Shown here one piece after another: positions 1-16,360 of a DNA stretch of 64,000 nt (position 1 is its first letter; the number at the start of each line of letters is the position of its first letter). The stretch lies in the NCBI RefSeq assembly GCF_009914755.1, contig NC_060925.1; one strand, 5' to 3'. The notes under the pieces were generated by a model that saw only the letters and a list, made by a program, of their open reading frames with translations, made no database searches and was not told the DNA's origin. This DNA is from the human T2T-CHM13v2.0 reference genome, Homo sapiens. The position numbers and the translations under genes are program-made.

Positions 1-145
1 AATCACTCTGGCATTTGCTTATCTGACCATGGAAGCTTCTTTTCAAAAACAACACAATTACTGTTCATCACCTCCCTCAAATCTCATCTTCTATCACAGA
101 AAAAAAGACTGAGGGGCCAGGTGTGGTGGCTCATGCCTGTAACCT

Positions 146-772
146 TATTACCCAAAAGGGGTCCAGATCCAGATCCCAAGAGAGGGTTCTTGGATTTGGC
201 ACAACAAAGAAATTGGGCCCAGTCCAAAGTATGAAGTGAGGGCAAGTTTATAAAGTAAAAAACCCAAAGAATGGCTACTACATAGAGCAGCAATGACGGC
301 TGCTGGTTGGCTATTTTTAATGGTTGTTTCTTAATTATGTGCTGAACAAGTGGTAGATTATTTATGAGTTTTCTGGAAAAGGCGTGGGCAATTCCCAGAA
401 CTGAGGATTCTTCCCCATATTAGACCATATAGCATAACTTCTGGACATTGCCAGGGCATTTGTAAACTGTCATGTCACTGGAGGCACTGTCTTTTAGCAT
501 ATTAATGTATTATAACTAGTAAACAATGAGCGGTGAGAGTGATGAGCAGAGGTCACTTTCATCACCATCTTGGTTTTGGTGGGTTTTGATTAGCTTCTTG
601 ATTGCATTCTGTTTTATCACCAGGGTCTTTATGATTATATCTTGTGCTGACCGCCTATTTATAATGTGACTAGCAATGCCTAACTTCCTAGGAATGCAGC
701 CTAGTAGGTCTCAGCCTTATTTTATCCATCCCCTATTTAAGAAAAGTTGCCCTGGTTCAAACGCCTCTGATA
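146..772 (-). mobile_element. MER41B-like solo LTR (ERV1)
   Basis: Reverse complement starts T(A)TCAGAGGCGTTTGAACCAG, the MER41 5' end. The other end reads ...AAAGGGGTCCAGATCCAGATCCCAAGAGAGGGTTCTTGGAT. 4-bp TSD ACCT (142-145) / ATCT (773-776). Confidence 0.85.
392..400. promoter_or_regulatory. GAS (STAT1) motif TTCCCAGAA in the MER41B LTR
   Basis: Exact TTCNNNGAA. The neighbouring tandem site at 371-379 is degraded (TTCTGGAAA). Function untested. Confidence 0.5.
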
Positions 773-2764
773 ATCTCAGCACTTTGGGAGGATTGAGGTG
801 AGCAGATCACTTGAGCCCAGGAGTTTCAGACTAGCCTGGGCAACATGATGAAACTCCATTTCTACAAAACAAAATAAAACAAACAAAAACACCTGGGCAT
901 GATGGTGTGCACCTGCAGTTTCAGGTACTCAGGAGGCTGAGGCAAGAGGATTGCTTGAGCCTGGAGGTAAAGGCTGGAGTGAGAAATGATTGTGCCATTG
1001 CACTCCAGTCTGGATGACAGAGTGAGACTCTGTCTCAAAAAAGAAACAAAGTATAGTGACGAATGCAACCACACCTGGAAGTGCCTTTAAACAAAACAAT
1101 GCCTGTCTCTCATTCAAGTTCCAGTAAGAATCATTTACAAGTTAATTTCTGTCTCTTCACTTATCCTAATAATCATTTGCTGGCCCTTAAAATAATTGCC
1201 TCCATTCCCATCTCCCTCTTCCCTTTGAAAGCGGGTATATAAGCTTCTGTTTCCCATTGGGTTATTGGATAATCATTCTCCTGTGGTTTCCCCATGCTAT
1301 GCACACTAAAATAAATTTTGTATGTCTTTTTTATGTGTTAAAAAAATGGAAACAAAGCATTACCATGAAAAGATTAATGTCCATAGCTTAAGTGTCAAAA
1401 ATAAATATGAGAATGAATTAGCAATACATGAAACATGAATATAAACCACCTGAAACAAATGTTCAACAAGAGGATAAATGGGACATGAAACACCCTGTCC
1501 TTAGCCTCAGAGATAGAGACAATAATTGAGGAGATTATGCTTTGTGATCTACTGTGATAAATTCGATTGACAGATTCTAAAGAATTGGCATGGAGCAGAA
1601 ACAAAACTTCTGCTACTACAAGGATAATGAAAACTTTAGATATGGCATTTTAAATTGAATGACCATTGTACACCTTAAAACCAGTTAGGTGTGCTTGAAT
1701 TTATAGTGTATAATATTGTAAAAAATCTAAGAGCATAGTTTCAATTAATCAATACTTTACAGGAAGAGTTTTATGTAAAAACATCTGTTGAATATGTGTG
1801 TTATAAACATTTTTCTTAAGACACAATTGATTTGTATTTAAATTTTGACTGTAACAATGATTTTTAATATTCAATGCAATAAAATCTTATAAAGAAAAGA
1901 GACTAAAAGAGAAAGTTATTTCTGCTTATTAATATTCAAATAACATACTTTTATTCACTTAACTTATTTTTTTCCTTTTTCAAAAGTGATTGCAAGATTC
2001 AATCATCTTATGCATAGGAAAAAGAATCATATTACATGTATTTCATCTGAAATGCATGCCGATCTACTGAAGCCTAGGATGAGTAGTACTTAAATGTGAG
2101 AATTGTTGAGAGAATTATGAAATTCATTTGAGTGTGGAACAATTTTAAAAAAAGTGAATTGTAAGGCAAAGTCAAAATCTATGTTAATGCTTAAGTACAT
2201 TAGTAGGTAAATGGTAAATTTAATCTAATTGACTTGTCCTAGGAGCAGAAACACAGGAATGAACAAAAGTAAAAATATGAATATTCATTCAATTTCTTCC
2301 ATTCACCACATTACAGTGGACACATAAAAAGAAACACAAATTCAATTCAATTTGATAAATCCTATAATAACCATAAGATTATGTTGTGAAGGAAGCCTAG
2401 AAAAGTGAAATATTCTGTGACATAAAGTAGGAGAGTTATAAATGAGCGATATATAGTAGGAGAGGAGGGTGTACTTCAGCAGGAGTGTATTACAAGTAGA
2501 GGGCAATACAGTATGAAAAGGTGTGAGGGAATTTCCAGATTGACCAAAACATACAGGCATATTGAGTTGAGTAGCAAAATAAGAGTAAAGCCTAAACATG
2601 CACAATTACAATAAGAATCTTGCTTGTTCTGAAAATAAAATTAAAATATAGTATTTTATTCTGAAAAATGGAGAAATCCATCAAATAATTTTAATCAACA
2701 GACATAAAATAGTTTGTGCTTTAAAGGAATTATCCTTGGGGGAGCCTGAAAAATCTGGGTTGGA

Positions 2765-3044
2765 GCCAAGTGCAGAGACTCAGGCCTGTAATCTCAGCAC
2801 TTTGGGAGGCCAAGGCGTGTGGATCACTTGAGGTCAGGAGTTCAAGCCCAGCCTAGTCAAAATGATGAAACCCCGTCTGTGCTAAAAGTACAAAAATTAG
2901 CTTCATGTGGTTGCATACCTTGTAATCCCAGCTGCTCTAGAGGCTGAGGAACAAGAATTGCTGGAACTTGGGAGGCGGAGATTGTGAGCTGAGATCACGC
3001 CACTGCACTCCCATCTGTGTGACAGAGCAAGGCCCTGTGTGAAA

Positions 3045-3078
<34 letters not shown>
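2765..3078 (+). mobile_element. AluS (Sx/Sz-like), full length
   Basis: Dimeric Alu with GGATCACTTGAGGTCAGGAGTTC, long pure A tail and TSD-like TGGGTTGGA on both sides. Confidence 0.92.
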
Positions 3079-3081
<3 letters not shown>

Positions 3082-3379
3082 GGTTGGAAAGTTTTGGTAG
3101 AGCAGAAATACTATATATAATCCAAGAGACTAAGATGTTTAAGGTATACAATTAGTAGTAATTAAAGATGTATAAAATGCCTAAAAATTCTCCTATTATT
3201 CCTGGATAATAGTAAAATTAAACAAAATTGTGTAATTCTTTAAGGAAAACATTCCCAGCTGAATAGATAAAATTATAAGCATGTCTCGAATCATTTAATG
3301 CTTGTGTTTTTTTTTCTTCCATTATTAGAAAAACTTTATTGCAGAAATTATTCAAAATTATTTAACTAAGAATAATTAG

Positions 3380-3628
<249 letters not shown>

Positions 3629-4982
3629 TATTTTCTATATTTTAAATATATAGTAACTAAATTTTGACGTATGTAATTATAATTATTTCCAGGCATTTCA
3701 TACATCTTGAATTAGTATTTATCATGTACATGGAACACTCTAGACCCTTGGAATAAAATGAACAAAGAGAAAGGGTCTCTGTCCTCAAAACATTTAAAGT
3801 AATGTATTAATGATAAAGGGAACAAGTCAAAAATTGTATAGCTGAAGGCTTTGGAGGATAATAACTAATTTTTGTGTATTGGTGATGCCATCTAGGGAGA
3901 TCTGCTGTAGAACTAAAGACTGGTGGATTGAAACTGGTACATCTGCTTGCACAAAAGGAGGCAAATGGTTTCTTGGATATAAGAGAACAAATAGTTACTT
4001 CAAGGCATATCTTCTGGTGAATGCTTCCTTTTTTGGTTTGAAGATTAGTTGCCTAAAAAAAAGTAACTCATGAGTTTAAATCAAAACAAAAAAAATGTAA
4101 GATGTTAACAAAAGAGTAATAGAAGGTTTATAATTTATGTAGGTAATCGTTTTCAATACGACTGAATAAAAGAATCAAGCTTGTTGTCAAATAATAGATC
4201 AAAATGCTAAATTTACTTCTCAAAGGATCCACCAAAAAGAAAATGATACAATGAGAAAATAGTCAGCATTTAAACTATGTCAGTACATTTCATTCAAAAC
4301 ACAGTATATATGATACTGCATACAAATAGGGAAGACCCAGTGCTCCGGCCAGAGAGGAGGTAAAGTGCTTTTTAATGAATTGACTGAGAATTACAATGAT
4401 TTTACAATTTAGATACAATAAAATTTCAAAAAAGAATATTACATTACATTACGTTTTGTAGTGTTTGGATTCTTGGAAAACTAACTTAGTTATCTATGCA
4501 TGATATATAAGTAACTTTATGTAAATTTTCCATTTGGAATTCAAGTCCTAACATTCTTTCATTCCCTACACTAACATTCAAAACAGCAAATGAGCCAATG
4601 GTGAAAACCGTTAGTTTTACTGACTCCATATTAGAACATTTTTCCGGGAAGAAAAGTCAGTTTGTATTGTGTTTAGTCATATCCTAAGGCAAAGGTTAAA
4701 AAGGAGAGAAACAAAATCTGAGTTAGAAACTTGGATCTGTTTAGTCAGAGTGAAACAAGTTGGGAATGTTCAACTCTAATTTACCCATATGATTTGTCCA
4801 TCATTATTCCTGAGTAGCATAGTTCTGTCTTCCTTCAAGCAATGTTATCTGTAAAAGGAGAGGTGTGATCTGACTGTAATTAAAAAAAAGCGGGTTTCAG
4901 TATTTAAAAATATATATATTTTAATTTTGGACTCTCATATTTAAATTAAATAATAAAGTCTAATCAGGTAAAGAGAACACTG

Positions 4983-5183
4983 CTAGCCTGGGCAACATAG
5001 TGAGACTCTGTCTCTAATAAACATTTAAAAAAAATTAATTTGGTGTAGCTGTGCACACCTGTAGTAGGGAGGTTGAAGTAGGAGAGTCACTTGATCTGGA
5101 AAGTCAAGGCTGGTACTCCAGCTAGGGCAACAAAATGAGACCCTGCCTCAAAAAAAACAAAAGAAAACAAAACAAAACAAAAC
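4983..5183 (+). mobile_element. Degraded partial AluJ with (AAAAC)n tail
   Basis: CTAGCCTGGGCAACATAGTGAGACTCTGTCTC, an A-rich linker, a deleted right arm and an (AAAAC)n tail. Confidence 0.75.
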
Positions 5184-5789
5184 ATTTTCCACTCCAAACG
5201 CAGTTGTATTTATTAGAAAATAGCCACAATGTTGTCTCATGATTTGAAATCCTTGCTTCTTCAGTGTCCCCAGCTTGGGCAAGAATAATCAAAGGTATGT
5301 GTAATAATCAAAATGGTAATTAAATTAATTGGTGAGCTAGATCTCTATGTAGTAAAATCCAGTTTTATTGCCTCTCCAGCAAGGTCTCAGGTGGTTCACG
5401 CCTTCTAAAGCTGTAGAAGTTCAATATACCTGTCCATTTGGCTACCTACTAGTTGTAACTGGTAATTGCAATCTTTATAAGTGCCATGTTTACTAAAGCC
5501 ACTGCCTGTAGTTTGAACTTGGTAATCCTACCAGAGTTTCCAGTATTGTAATAGTCGAGAAAACTTCTCTTCAGGGTTATAAATTATTTTTAATTTGAGC
5601 CAATAAAACTTTGTTTTACATTTTTATTCTTTTTTCTTATAATGAATTTTTTTTTCTTATAGTTATCCTTTAAAAACTCAAGTATTGTGATAAGTACTGC
5701 TGAGATTGAGACAAAAATATTTAAGGGACGGCATTTTAGTTTTCATTCAAAATATATGTTTTGCTAATCAATTCATATGTGTGGAATGA

Positions 5790-5870
5790 TTTTTCTCCAG
5801 GTTTATTGAGGTATAATTGACAAATAAAAATTGTATATACATTCAAATTGTATAACTGATGGTTTGATGT
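5790..5870 (-). mobile_element. L1M 3' terminal fragment
   Basis: TTTATTGAGGTATAATTGACAAATAAAAATTGTATATA, the typical antisense L1M 3' end. Confidence 0.6.
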
Positions 5871-6069
5871 CTATATTTTTCAATGATTTATTTTATCCAC
5901 AGTGAATCTCAATATATAATCAACATTTTAATTGTAATTAATTAATATTATTCTTTACATTAGCCTTCTGCTAAAGTGTAACTTGTTTTCACTTGTAATA
6001 CAGTAAGTCTTATTAATTATTCCCTGAGCTCTATTTTCAGTTTTATTCACAGTTTGATAATTTTAAATT

Positions 6070-6770
6070 ATTTATATATTTTTCAGTATGTGAAGAATCA
6101 GTATGGATCTGAAAGTCAGGACTTTATAGGAAGGTTTATTCAGAAGAGCATCACTCCTCCCTAATGCTTTCTCTACTATTGACATTTACTTATTCTCACC
6201 CACACCCTGCAGATAGGCAAATGCATTAGCTTTTGCTAATTCCTTCGGATTTGTTTGTTTGCTTTTTTGTTCATTTCCTAAATGAGTAAATATATGCAGT
6301 TGCTCCTATATCCTCTTTCTTGCATGAAAGGGAATACACTTTTGGTACTCTTCTATTTGCTTTTTCTTTTCTCACTGAAACATATATTGTGGGCTTTACT
6401 TCATGTTAGTTTGTAGGGAGCTTTTTCACTGTATTTTATAGTTGCAAATAATTCTATTGTATGTTTCTATCATACTTGATTTGACTACTCTTCCACGTAT
6501 GAGTATTTGTGTTGTTTCAAATATTTTTGCAATAGTACAATGCTATAATGAATAACTGGGGTAGATATATGTTCATATTGCTGAAAAACATTCCAGATAA
6601 TACATAGATATGGGACTGCTCAGTCAAAATTAAGTAAAAATGTAATTTTGTAAGATTATGTCAAATTTACTTCCAGAAGGCTTGTATCAGTTTGCATTCT
6701 TAGCAACAGTGTCTCATATTGTCTGCTTCTCTATAGTCTTGGCTAGAGAACATGTTGTCATGAATATATA
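6070..6770 (-). mobile_element. Old L1 (L1ME-like) 3' region
   Basis: Antisense L1M motifs such as TGCTATAATGAATAAC, GGGACTGCT and TTTGCATTCTTAGCAACAGTG. Confidence 0.55.
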
Positions 6771-6829
6771 TTTAACTTATATATTTATGCATGTATATTA
6801 TATATTTAATTTTCACCACTATGTTATGG

Positions 6830-7870
6830 GAGATACTGACAATGCCCTGGATTTTGTTATTGTCCTGAGGCCATTTTTAACTTTGAAATTATTTGGCTAG
6901 ATGAACATAATCCATGTGTCTTCTATAGTTCCTCTAAAATCTATTTAGAAACAAAAATATTTGCTTTTTAGTTCACTCTTTCTGTGTATACCTTACTACA
7001 GGTGGCTAAAATAAGTAAACAACTTTTCAACTCTCAGTCTGAGAATCTCCTTAGCAACATTAACAAATTTATTGGGTACATTTTCAGTCTTCCACAAGGT
7101 AACAGTAGACTTCACAATTTCATATGATATGGCATCTTTTCTCCAGCCTCCATTAGCAATTTATTTGGCAGCCTCCTATACTTCACTCATAATTTCAGCT
7201 TCTATTCATAGTATCTTTGCTATGCTTCCAGCCTGCAAACACTGCCTGGTCCGAAAGTTAATGGACATATTTTAGATTTGTGAAACACCAGCACCTCACT
7301 CCTGAAAGGAATAACTGTATCAACCAAAATTCAATCAAGGAGGCAAAACCACCATGATTTATGAACAAGTAATTTACTACAAGGAACTAGACCTTAAACA
7401 ATGATGGAGAAAGGTGAGGAGTGGTTAACTAAAAGAGGAATTTGGAAGATTAGAGAGCGAGAGATCAACAAACAATCCAAATGAGAAGTCAAATACATCC
7501 AGCCACCAAAGGGCCATGGAGAGGGGACTGCAGAAAAGTGTATACAAAAGTTTTGCTACTGTGAGGCCACAACATGTTGTTTAATGATGAGCTTAGGACT
7601 CTTACTGGTCCTCTTATTGGTCAACAGATAAAGCTGTCAGAAAGAGGAGCTAGGTGCAAAACAGAGGAGAGATGACAAGCTGGAACATCAGACATATTTG
7701 TGTCTTTATGTTACCACATTTAACTATGACAACATTTCAAATTAAATGGCTGCTGCTTCACTTCTACTCTCCTAATCTCAAATAAATTAATATTTTGGCC
7801 AACTCTAGACTGAAACTATAGAGAAAAGGAGATAGAAACATGGTTCAAAGTTTAATGTGGCTGGACATTG
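6830..7870 (-). mobile_element. Ancient ERVL/MaLR-type element: internal remnant (about 6830-7315) plus LTR (about 7316-7867)
   Basis: CAGCACCTCACTCCTG...AACTGTATCA resembles the antisense PBS/5'LTR junction of MaLRs. The LTR-like segment is bounded by TG...CA. Confidence 0.4.
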
Positions 7871-8747
7871 TATAATTCATTACTATAAAATGGAGAGGCA
7901 CTTAAAAGTTTCCTTCTAAATTTGGCACTGAGAAAAGTTTGCCTTTCTTTTCAATATTACACTTGGTTTCCATGCAGGTACAACAAGTCAAGTGAAGGAA
8001 ATAAAAGGTATAAAGGATGTAAAAAATAAATAAAAACTTACATTATTTGCAGATTTGGTTTTTGTGGAAATAGGAAAATTTGAAATCTTCCAGTAACTAT
8101 TATTTAATTGTGAGGCATTGAAAAAAATCAATAAAATTTCAATATAATACAAATAAATTAATATAAAATTTAAATAATTCTACAATCTTGGAAGCCATCA
8201 AAGACAAAACTTACTGGGGAAAATATAACAAAACATTTTTAACACTGAAAACTATAATTAATTACTGAAACAAATTTTTAAAAGCTAAGTAAATAGAGAA
8301 TGTAAATTATCCATGAATTAAAAAAAAACTAGACCATGTACATAGTTTCTCTAATTTATCTAAGAATTCAAGGTAATTCCAACACAAATTATAAGAGAGT
8401 TTCAGGTCAAAATTTTTAAGCATATTTTAAAATTTAGAGTAAAATGCAAAGCAGAAAGAAAAGCTAAGTAACCCTTAAAAAATGAACTCCAGAAGATTTT
8501 TGCTAACTATATTAACACTTAATTTAAAGGTACAATTATTTAACTATAGGAAAATATAGAATTGAAAACAATGTCCAGAAATAGTCCAACAGGTAGAGTA
8601 ATTTGATTTGTGACAAGGGTGACAATCAGTGCATTAAAAAATTAATAGTTTTTTAAATAAATGATTCTGGGAAAGTGGATATCCTTTGGGGAAAAAAAGT
8701 ACATTTTGACCTTTAATATGCATCATATAGAAAAATATTTCAGATGG

Positions 8748-9193
8748 CGACAAAGACTCTCTATAGTTGACCAAACTTCAGTAAGATTCTTCTGAAGAAA
8801 CAGCCTAAACATATTCTTTGTCCTTCCTTTTACATGCCTGGCCCAGTCTTAGCAAAGAATTCTGCTAAGTCAACCTCTTCATTCTTGATATGTGAGCACT
8901 CTTAGTATCAGAACAAATTCCTCCTTTGATATCTGATCACCTTGTCCTGACTTCAATAAGAGTCCTCCTGTTCAGTCAGTTTAGCAATAATCCCCCTAAC
9001 ATTGATGTCACCTCTCAGCAATTTTTCATCCAACAATCTCCTCACCATGCTCCTTGACTATAAATTCCAGCTTCTCCTTATTGTATTCAGAACTGAGCTC
9101 AGTTTCATAGTGCCATAAACTCTTACAATATTTTCTGAGTCAAATCTATTGTTACTGCTTTTAACTATTGCCTGGATCTGGTGTTCTTTGACA
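8748..9193 (+). mobile_element. MER31-like solo LTR (ERV1)
   Basis: Starts (C)GACAAAGACTCTCT...TGACCAAACTT and ends TTCTTTGACA. Perfect 4-bp TSD ATGG at 8744-8747 and 9194-9197. Confidence 0.8.
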
Positions 9194-9916
9194 ATGGATT
9201 GAAGATGTAAATGTGAAATTAAAAGTGTGATGATGCTAGAGGAATGCATAAACAAATTTCATGGGGTAAGCTACAGTCTTTAAATGGAAAACATAATTAA
9301 CCATATAATTTTCTGATAAGTTGGACTATATTACAACAAGAAGGATTCTTTTTATTACAAAAGGCAGTAAAGAAAGTAAAAACACAGAGATAATTCAAAG
9401 GTTGATTAACAGTATAACATTGAAAAAAGGTTCCGCATTGTACAAATAGAATACTGCAAAGCCAAATAGAACTGAAAGACAGCACAGAAATAAAGTATTT
9501 GTAACCTACATCACTAATAAATTGTTAATATCTCTAATTTATTAAAAAAAACTATCACAAATAAAGTGAGAAGGATGATTAAAACTGGATAGGAAAACTG
9601 GGCAAAAACATGAGTAGATAACTCATAAGAAAAGATTTAAAATGACCCAAACACATATGCTTTCAGCAACTGTCCGATGTTGAGGAAAAATAGGTTGTAT
9701 TACAAGGCGTTACAAGTTGAATTGTCTCTGAAATCATTCTAGTTTATATTCAGATCAAAGGGCTACACTCTCAAATTGAGACATATGCTCTGGGAATAAG
9801 AATTATAACCTATGGGTAAGGACAAACAGAATTAAAGACCAATAAAGCCCACCCCACCGTATTCAATGGATCAAAATGATTTGCCAGTAAACTATTTAGC
9901 ATTTAAATGATCTAGC

Positions 9917-10217
9917 AGACTGGGCACCGTGGCTCATGCCTGTAATCCCAGCACTTTAGGAGGCCGATACAGGCGGATCATGAGGTCAGCAGATCGAGAC
10001 CATCCTGGCTAACATGGTGAAACCCCGTCTCTACTAAAAATACAAAAAAATTAGCCAGGCATGGTGGCGAGCGCCTGTAGTCCCAGCTACTCAAGAGGCT
10101 GAGGCAGGAGAAAGGCGTGAATCCGGGAGGCGGAGTTGCAGTGAGCTGAGATCGCGCCACTGCACTCCAGCCTGAGCGACGGAACGAGATTCCGTCTCAG
10201 AAAAAAAAAAAAAAAAA
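9917..10217 (+). mobile_element. AluY
   Basis: Y-diagnostic GATCGAGACCATCCTGGCTAACA and GGCGTGAA, many CpGs retained, A tail. Confidence 0.93.
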
Positions 10218-11334
10218 TGTCAATACACTCTTCTTGGCCTTCAATTAAAAAAAAATTAAGTATGAAAAGGAAACACCATTGATATATACAGAAATAAAAA
10301 GTAAAAAAAGCAAGAATATTGCCAGAAAACAAAAATTGATTTTAAAATATTCAAATAGAAATGTTGGTATTTAATTTTTCATTGCATTTCATTTTAATAA
10401 TGAAATTAAATTTCCATAAATGGTTTTTAGATCGTAAATACGTAGAAGGAAGAAATGAGTAAACTGGAAAACTTGCCAGTAGATATATCTTCAAGGAGGC
10501 AGAGAAAGAAAGAGAAGATAAACAATGTGAGAAAAAGAATTATAGACATAGAGGCACAATGAGAATGAGCAAAAGTTTTTGTATTTTCTAAAAAGAAAGG
10601 AATTGAACATGAGCAATTCCATTTCTAACAGAAATGTGTACATATGTTTATTAAAATACAGGTAAAGTGATTTTAAAGTAGCACTATTTATAAAGATCAA
10701 TTACATGAAATGTGAATTCCATTCACAATAAAAAGAAAAGATTAATAGTATACATGAAGTATTATACAACAGTGCAAATGAATGAACTATCAATACAAAA
10801 AACAATATAAATGAATCTCACAAACTATCGTGATATTAGATTCCAACAAACACTACTAGCTCTATTTTTTGCAGATGTAAAGGTGAAATTATTTTGTGAA
10901 ACTTAAAAGTAGACAAAAATAGTGATCCCATCACAATCCCTTAAATTCTGTTTATCTCATTGCTTAGAATGAGCATAGTCTACATGCAATATGGCAATGG
11001 TCTCAGTAGAGGATGGCCATGGGATGATATTATTCTGTATATTTATGGGTCATGGGTTCTAGGAATATCTACAGCCATAATGTCATAATAAATATCTCTG
11101 ATTAGGGAAATTACCCTGTTAGAAAACTGTATTCTCTGAAGCCCAAGATATCTTAGTCATCTACTATAACATATCTTAGCCACCTACTGTAACATAATAA
11201 AACAAATGTTATATTGAGATATATTTAATTTACAGAATTGGCAATTACATAAAAAAGAATTTGAAAAAGATCTCTTTGTAGATGTAAACTCTATAACAAC
11301 TACAATAGGTAAAATTAATGTGGAAAAGAAGGGA

Positions 11335-12390
11335 TTTTTAACAGTTTTATTGAGCTATAATTAATATACAGTAAACTGTACGTATTTAGAGTTTATAATT
11401 TAATATGTCTTGATATACATATCTACCCATGAAACAAACCATCATGTCAATTAAGAAAATGGTCATCTACCTGAACGATTTCTTGTTCCTCTTTTTAATT
11501 AACCCTTCCTTACCCAGCTCTTTCCAACCCTCATCTCCAGGAAACTGTACATATGCTTTCTATTGCTATATATTAATTTGTATTTATTAGAATTTTTAAC
11601 AAATAAAAAAGCACAGTATATATGTGTCACACAGGCTGGAGTGCAGTGGCACCATAATGACTCGTGACACCATAATGGCTTACTGCACCCTCAACCTATC
11701 AGGCTCAATGTTCCTCTCATGTCAGCCTCTAGAGTGTCTGGGACTACAGCCAAACAACACCATGCCCTGCTATTTTTTTTTTTTTTTTTTTGTAGAGAAG
11801 GTGTTTCGCTGTGTTGCCCAGGTTGGTCTTGAACCCATGACCCCTCCCCAGTAATCTGTCCATGTGGGCCTCTCATAGTGCTGGAATTATAGGTATGAGG
11901 CACTGTTTCCGACCTGTGTGTTTTTTCTGATTATTGTCATTCAAAAAAAAAAATTTTGAAATAAATCTACATTGTAACATGTATAAATAGTTCATTAATA
12001 GTTAATTTTTATTGGCGACTTGAATTCAATTATTTGGATATGCCACAGTTTGTCCATTCATCTGTCAATGGACTTTGGAGTAATTTGCAGTTTGGAACTA
12101 AACAAAACTGCTATGAACATTCATGTACAAGACTTATGTGGGCATATGCATTTATTGTTTGGATAAATACCACTGGGATGAATGGTTGTACCATATTGTA
12201 GGTATATGTTTAATGTTTTAAGAAACATGCTAAACTGTTAACCAAAGTGATTATATCATTTTACTGTTCTTGGTGGCATGTGAGAGTTCCAGTTTATCCA
12301 CATCTTTGGCAACACTTCACATGGTCATTCTTTTTAACTTAAGTCATTCTAATTGGTATGTAGTGTTATCTCATTGCGATTTTAACTTTT
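11335..12390 (-). mobile_element. L1MC/ME-like 3' end interrupted by an Alu
   Basis: TTTTATTGAGCTATAATT...ACAGTAAACTGTAC terminus, then GCTATGAACATTCATGTACAAG and TCTCATTGCGATTTTAA. Confidence 0.75.
11625..11914 (-). mobile_element. Degraded AluJ
   Basis: CAGGCTGGAGTGCAGTGG...T-rich linker...GTGCTGGAATTATAGGTATGAG. Tail not visible. Confidence 0.85.
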
Positions 12391-13659
12391 AATTAGACAA
12401 TGTAGGTCTTAAGTATTGGATTTAGTGTTTTTAATTTGACATATAATTGTGCCCATCTAATATTATACAATCAATTTTAAGTATAATTTTTATAATACAA
12501 ATATTTTAAATATGATGAAAGATTAAATTATACTTACATATTCATTAAATACATGCAGTCATAGATTTAATATGATGAAAGAACAATTAAATATACATGT
12601 TAACTTTTTAAATGGTATATAATTGATATAATCAGCAAAATTTTATTTATTCTAATCTAATAATGCTAAGAATTTAGAAATCTGTCTTATTATATGTGCT
12701 ATGAACAGGATAATCCATTAATAGGCAAACTTATTAGCTATTTTGAATACTTTTAAACTTTAAGTTATTTATTTTAAAGAGTTTATTGAAATAGGGCTAT
12801 TTTTATTTATTTGCCAAAAACATCATTTCTGAGATTAAAAATTTTTGGTTGGATGTTACAAAACAATAGCTTACAAAACATCTTAGCTATTTGCTCTAAT
12901 ACAGTTGCCTACCTAGTGAAGACTTAATATGTATTATAATGGCCTTTACTTTTTAAAAAATAGCAGAATTATCTATATTTTGTATCATCATTTCTCTAGA
13001 ACTAATGTAGAGAGCTGAAAACTATAAACGACAAGGCATATTATCCTCAGGCTTTTCTTTGCTCTTTTATTTTGCAGAGCACAGAAAAATATTCATATTT
13101 ATTTGCTACAGCTATATCACCTTCTATTTTGTCACTTCTGCATATAAATTGTAGGTTTTCATTATTGCATACTTAACAAAAGCTACTCAATATAAAATGC
13201 CTTTGCAGAAGATAATATGCAATAACCTCTTTTTTAATTATTATTGTTTAGCTGAATATCTTCCATAATAATGACTTACAAATTTTTATTTTTCTTTCCT
13301 TTCTTAGTTATATTTTATGCCTGTAATCTGAACTAAGAATTATTTCTATAAGATTCCTGCCTTGTCAAATTGTTATTTTCTAATACTTATAAGTAAGAGG
13401 ATTTCTAAGTTCATGTTATAATTATTGACCACGCATAAATTGCAATAACTTAAGAAAATAGTAGCTGCTTGTGTTGCTAGGTTTTGTGTTTACACATGCT
13501 ACATAAGACAGAATGATATTTGATGTCAGGATATTGTTGACAAGTAGTACAATTTGGTATTAATTCTGTATCTAATAAGCTAATTTTTTCTAGGTTTTTT
13601 CTTTTACTAAACTGCAAAAAACTGTTCCTAAGAAGTATATTTCCATACTAGAAATAGAC

Positions 13660-16360
<2,701 letters not shown>

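Larger units (their letters stand above)
115..1050 (+). mobile_element. AluJ split in two by a MER41 LTR (115-145 and 773-1050)
   Basis: GGCCAGGTGTGGTGGCTCATGCCTGTAA at 115-142 resumes as ATCTCAGCACTTTGGGAGG at 773. It has the J-type TTGAGCCCAGGAGTTT and an A-rich tail at about 1037-1050. Confidence 0.9.
1..1335 (+). mobile_element. ERV1 LTR remnant (MER39/MER34-like), interrupted by Alu and MER41B; visible parts about 1-110 and 1055-1335
   Basis: 1055-1335 has LTR U3/R layout: GTATATAAG TATA box near 1236 and AATAAA near 1310 followed by TTTTGTATGTCTTTT. It resembles the recalled MER39 3' part. Assignment of 1-110 to the same element is tentative. Confidence 0.5.
7975..10870 (+). mobile_element. 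Old L1M (L1ME-like) fragments, interrupted by MER31 and AluY
   Basis: A-rich ORF2-like text (GAAATAAAAGGTATA...TTATTTGCAGAT; ATTTGATTTGTGACAAGGG) continues across the MER31 insertion. 3' UTR-like text at about 10750-10830. Confidence 0.6.
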
